Shown: positions 60,568 through 64,000 of the stretch, one piece after another | Position numbering within the stretch: position 1 is the first letter of the stretch | Layout of the letters: each line of letters begins with the position of its first letter | DNA from: an uncultured bacterium | GTDB lineage: Bacteria; UBP7; UBA6624 | Length of the DNA: 64,000 nucleotides | Assembly (NCBI GenBank): GCA_964012435.1 | Contig: CAXGSM010000002.1 | Location: 19,952-83,951 of the forward strand | Reading direction: 5' to 3' | The notes under the pieces: model-generated | Databases searched by the model: none | Told to the model about the DNA's origin: nothing | Seen by the model: only the letters and a program-made list of their open reading frames with translations | Position numbers and translations under genes: made by a program

Positions 60568-62602
60568 AAGGAGCTATAACTAAACTTACAACTGCCATTA
60601 ACTTCAGCAAAATATTCAAACTTGGACCTGCAGTATCCTTAAATGGATCTCCAACAGTATCGCCGACAACAGCAGCCTTATGAGCCTCTGAACCTTTTCC
60701 TCCATGCGCACCTTTTTCTATATATTTTTTTGCATTATCCCAAGCTCCGCCTGAATTAGCCATAAATATAGCCATCATCACACCACTCGTTAAAGAACCA
60801 GCAAGCAATCCTCCTAACATTTCAGCTCCTCCAAGTTTTCCAATAATAATTGGTGATAAAACGGCAAGCAGCCCTGGAGCAACCATTTGCCTTAAAGCCC
60901 CTTGTGTTGATATGTCAACACATCTAGCATAATCTGCTTGAGCTTTTCCCTCTAATAATCCTGGGATTTCTTTAAATTGTCTTCTAACCTCTTCAACCAT
61001 AGCATACGCAGCTTTACCTACAGCTGTCATAGCCATTGAAGAAAATAAAAATGGCAACATTCCACCAAGCAGCATTCCTGCTAGTGTTTGTGGGTTTGCA
61101 ACATCTAAAACATTTAGCTTTGCAGCAGCCATAAAGCCTGCAAATAATGCCAAGCTTGTCAAAGCGGCAGAACCTATCGCAAAACCTTTTCCAACAGCAG
61201 CAGTCGTGTTTCCAACAGCATCCAATCTATCTGTCCTCTCTCTAACTTCTTTTGGCAATCCAGCCATTTCAGCTATTCCACCAGCATTATCAGCTATCGG
61301 ACCATAGGCATCTACGGCTAGCTGAATACCAAGCGTTGCAAGCATGCCAACGGCAGCTATAGCAATTCCATATAAACCCATCAATGAATTAGCTACTATT
61401 ATTCCTGCACATATTGCAATTACAGGATACGCTGTACTAACCATCCCAACAGATAATCCTGAAATTATGTTTGTAGCACTTCCGGTCAAAGAATCTTTTG
61501 CAATTCCTTGAGCAGGCTTTGTGTCGTCACTTGTGTAGTATTCAGTTAATTTTCCAACAATCACACCTACAGCTAAACCAGTGACAACTGTCCAGAATAT
61601 ATTCTGTCCATCACTTGTTGGAATCCAGTTTTGGGTTAAGAAGTAAGAAGAAGCAATAAATAAAACAGCAGCAGTCATAGACCCTCTGTCTAAAGCATGC
61701 TGAGGATTCCCTCCTTCTTTAGTTTTAACCATAAATGTCCCAATAACACTACAAATAATACCTACTGAAGCAAATGCTAATGGCAACATTATGTGTCCTA
61801 AAGTGTAATTTTGAATACCAAATGCAAGAATCATTGCGCCTATGATTGCGCCTACATAAGATTCAAAAAGATCAGCCCCCATACCGGCAACGTCACCAAC
61901 ATTATCCCCAACGTTGTCAGCAATAGTTGCAGGATTTCTAGGATCATCTTCCGGAATATCCATTTCAACCTTTCCAACTAAGTCAGCACCCACATCAGCA
62001 GCTTTTGTGTAAATACCACCTCCAACTCTTGCAAACAAGGCAATTGAAGAGGCTCCCAAGGAGAAACCGATTAGTATATTTACAACCTGCTGTATGTCTC
62101 CTAGATAAATTTTTTCAAGATATAAATAAAGAAGTCCAAGCCCAAACAAAGCTATTCCGACAACATACATGCCCATAACAGAACCTCCAGCAAAAGCAAC
62201 TGAAAGCGCTTTATTGAGTCCTTTCTGTGCAGAGTAAGCTGTTCTATAATTGGCGTCAGTTGCAACCCTCATTCCTAAATATCCAGCTACTGCAGAACAG
62301 GATGCACCAACAACAAAAGGGATAACAATTCTCCAATCGCCATCATTCAAGCCGTTATATATCCATGCCAAGCTTGCTCCAACAACAAGAACAAACCAGA
62401 CAAGTAAACTGTATTCCCTTTTTAAGAACATCATTGCACCATCTCTTATATGGCCAGCAATCTCCTCCATTTTCTTGTTATCGACTTTTACTGATTTAAC
62501 TTTATTTGCTTGGATAAAAGCAAAACAAATTGCAAAAACACCAATAAACAAAGCATAATTAGGTATTGAATTTAAGACTACTTTTGCGATTAATATATTC
62601 AT
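60557..62602 (-). CDS. hppA: Membrane-bound pyrophosphatase, K+-dependent (probably Na+-translocating)
   Basis: [46 protein letters not shown] (Ala = K+-dependent), [19 protein letters not shown]. Confidence 0.96.
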   Translation of the reverse strand: MNILIAKVVLNSIPNYALFIGVFAICFAFIQANKVKSVKVDNKKMEEIAGHIRDGAMMFLKREYSLLVWFVLVVGASLAWIYNGLNDGDWRIVIPFVVGASCSAVAGYLGMRVATDANYRTAYSAQKGLNKALSVAFAGGSVMGMYVVGIALFGLGLLYLYLEKIYLGDIQQVVNILIGFSLGASSIALFARVGGGIYTKAADVGADLVGKVEMDIPEDDPRNPATIADNVGDNVGDVAGMGADLFESYVGAIIGAMILAFGIQNYTLGHIMLPLAFASVGIICSVIGTFMVKTKEGGNPQHALDRGSMTAAVLFIASSYFLTQNWIPTSDGQNIFWTVVTGLAVGVIVGKLTEYYTSDDTKPAQGIAKDSLTGSATNIISGLSVGMVSTAYPVIAICAGIIVANSLMGLYGIAIAAVGMLATLGIQLAVDAYGPIADNAGGIAEMAGLPKEVRERTDRLDAVGNTTAAVGKGFAIGSAALTSLALFAGFMAAAKLNVLDVANPQTLAGMLLGGMLPFLFSSMAMTAVGKAAYAMVEEVRRQFKEIPGLLEGKAQADYARCVDISTQGALRQMVAPGLLAVLSPIIIGKLGGAEMLGGLLAGSLTSGVMMAIFMANSGGAWDNAKKYIEKGAHGGKGSEAHKAAVVGDTVGDPFKDTAGPSLNILLKLMAVVSLVIAPFVG

Positions 62603-62645
62603 TTAATTTCTCCTTTAATTTTCAAAAATCTAACTTGTCATTCTA

Positions 62646-63935
62646 CTATTTAAAAACTTTTTCTAGCAACTCATTGAGAGAATCGATCTTGACCCTATCT
62701 TGTTTTCCAGTGTCTCTATGCCTAACAGTTACAGAATCATCATTACTCGTATCACCATCAACAGTAACGCATACAGGTGTTCCAATTTCATCTTCCCTAT
62801 AATACCTTTTACCGATTGATCCTGAAATTTCAACTTTTTTCCTATATGAACTATGCACTCTTTCCTTGATCTCAACAGCTTTCTCAGGCATTCCATCTTT
62901 TTTGACCAATGGAAGTATCGCTACTTGAGTATTTGCAAGCTTTGGACTAATCTTAAGAATAATATGATTTGGATCTGAAGCATCAAGAGAATCACAAATT
63001 ACTGCCAATAACGTTCTGTCAACTCCGGCTGAAGACTCAATTACAGATGGTACAAATTTACCTTTTTGAGGGTCTGATAGAGTTAAATTCTTTTTACTAT
63101 GCTTCATATGTTGTTCTAGATCAAAAGAGCCCCTGTTTGCTATGCCTTCTAATTCCTTTAAGCCAAATGGAAAATCATATTCAACATCTCTGCACGAAGC
63201 AGCATAGTGAGCAAGCTCCTCCTCTCCATGATCCCTGAAGTGCAATTTTGCACTATTTATACCTAAAGATTTCGTATAAAAAGACATTCTTTTTGAACAC
63301 CATTCTTCAAAAAAATCAGAAGCTTCGTCAGGGTGACAGAAAAATTCAATTTCCATTTGAGTAAATTCACGAACCCTAAAAAGAAAATTTCTAGGAGTTA
63401 TTTCATTTCTGAAAGATTTCCCTATTTGAGCTATTCCAAAAGGAGCACTCATTCTTGAATTTCTTGCGACATTGATAGCGTTAACAAAAATACCTTGCGC
63501 TGTTTCTGGCCTTAGATAAACTTGTTTTGCAGAGTCTTCCATTGCTCCAATTTTTGTAGAAAGCATTAGGTTAAACTGACGAACATCAGTCCAATTTTTC
63601 TCTCCGCAATCAGGACAATCCTGATTTATATCAATCTGATCTTCTCTGTATCTTGATTTACAAGTTTTGCAATCAACCATAGGGTCATGAAAACCAGAAA
63701 CATGTCCGCTAGCTTCCCAAACTTCATTTCTCATTAATATTGAAGAATCAAAACCAATGATATTGTTTTGATTTTCAACATTTTCACTCCACCAAATATT
63801 CTCAATTCTTCTTTTTAATTGAGCTCCATTTGGCCCATAATCATAACAACCTGATAAACCACCGTAAATTTCACTACTTTGATTTATAAAACCCTTTCTT
63901 GTGCAAAAAGATATAACCTCTGAAAGGCTAGGCAT
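62646..63935 (-). CDS. glyQS: Glycine--tRNA ligase, homodimeric (alpha2) type
   Basis: SEIYGG, YDYGP, W.ASGH, LRPETAQGIF, FRNEI.P..F.FR.REF.Q.E, ELEGIANR, GSIGKRY.R.DEIGTP. Confidence 0.96.
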   Translation of the reverse strand: MPSLSEVISFCTRKGFINQSSEIYGGLSGCYDYGPNGAQLKRRIENIWWSENVENQNNIIGFDSSILMRNEVWEASGHVSGFHDPMVDCKTCKSRYREDQIDINQDCPDCGEKNWTDVRQFNLMLSTKIGAMEDSAKQVYLRPETAQGIFVNAINVARNSRMSAPFGIAQIGKSFRNEITPRNFLFRVREFTQMEIEFFCHPDEASDFFEEWCSKRMSFYTKSLGINSAKLHFRDHGEEELAHYAASCRDVEYDFPFGLKELEGIANRGSFDLEQHMKHSKKNLTLSDPQKGKFVPSVIESSAGVDRTLLAVICDSLDASDPNHIILKISPKLANTQVAILPLVKKDGMPEKAVEIKERVHSSYRKKVEISGSIGKRYYREDEIGTPVCVTVDGDTSNDDSVTVRHRDTGKQDRVKIDSLNELLEKVFK

Positions 63936-63938
63936 GGT

Positions 63939-64000
63939 TTATTTAGCTTTTGTTGCCTTGGCTTTTGTTGCCTTGGCTTTTGTTGCCTTGGCTTTTGTTG
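63939..64000 (-). CDS. C-terminal fragment of an upstream gene ending in a Lys/Ala-rich (KATKA)n tail
   Basis: The minus strand reads ...TKAKATKAKATKAKATKAK-TAA (stop at 63941-63939), 3 nt before the glyQS ATG. Confidence 0.55.
   Translation of the reverse strand, partial: TKAKATKAKATKAKATKAK
63946..64000. repeat. Perfect 15-bp tandem repeat (GCTTTTGTTGCCTTG), at least 3.7 copies, running off the window
   Basis: Units at 63946-63960, 63961-63975, 63976-63990 and a partial at 63991-64000. Confidence 0.95.

Noticed and set aside
533..63238. Many short antisense or alternate-frame ORFs in the track (e.g. 947-1360, 38884-39282, 48264-49055, 59954-60583)
   Set aside because: They lie inside well-supported genes, lack motifs and RBSs, and are expected shadows of codon bias
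63933..63947. Read-through fusion of the KATKA-tail gene into in-frame glyQS
   Set aside because: The stop is TAA, glyQS has a normal N terminus, and in-frame adjacency has a 1-in-3 chance
1..64000. tRNA/rRNA genes, CRISPR arrays, IS elements, prophage or defence islands
   Set aside because: No intergenic space, repeats or marker genes support them; the SNF2 helicase has no methylase or nuclease partners nearby

Overview
A 64 kb, AT-rich (roughly 30-33% GC by eye), very compact piece of bacterial chromosome read in the standard genetic code. It holds about 50 mostly housekeeping genes joined by ATGA/TAATG overlaps, with only tiny intergenic gaps. I found no RNA genes, mobile elements or CRISPR arrays. 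Gene content (lpxK, a DAP-type MurE, Firmicutes-like secDF-recJ-rel-dtd and alaS-ruvX synteny, ypdA, a Deinococcus/Thermus-like Lgt, an alpha2-type GlyRS) suggests a streamlined, probably uncultured diderm lineage; this is inference. The most unusual part is the cell-division (dcw) cluster. rsmH is inverted away from mraZ. The usual rsmH-ftsL-ftsI slot holds two unannotated, translationally coupled single-TM microproteins (37 and 34 aa). ftsI, ftsW, murG, ddl, ftsQ, ftsA and sepF are absent from the cluster. The FtsZ at its native position is strongly degenerate (GGGTGTG becomes GYGSGSA, the T7 catalytic Asp becomes Asn, no C-terminal tail), and the downstream FtsK has altered Walker motifs. 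Together these hint at a non-canonical division system. Other notable points: a probable CC-adding (split CCA) enzyme, a polymerase-dead PolX, a K+-channel homolog with a TVGNV filter, a divergent ClC, candidate bidirectional and near-leaderless promoters, a eukaryote-like secreted alpha/beta hydrolase paired with a GH20 enzyme, and a 15-bp tandem repeat encoding a histone-like KATKA tail at the right edge. All family calls come from recalled motifs, not database searches.
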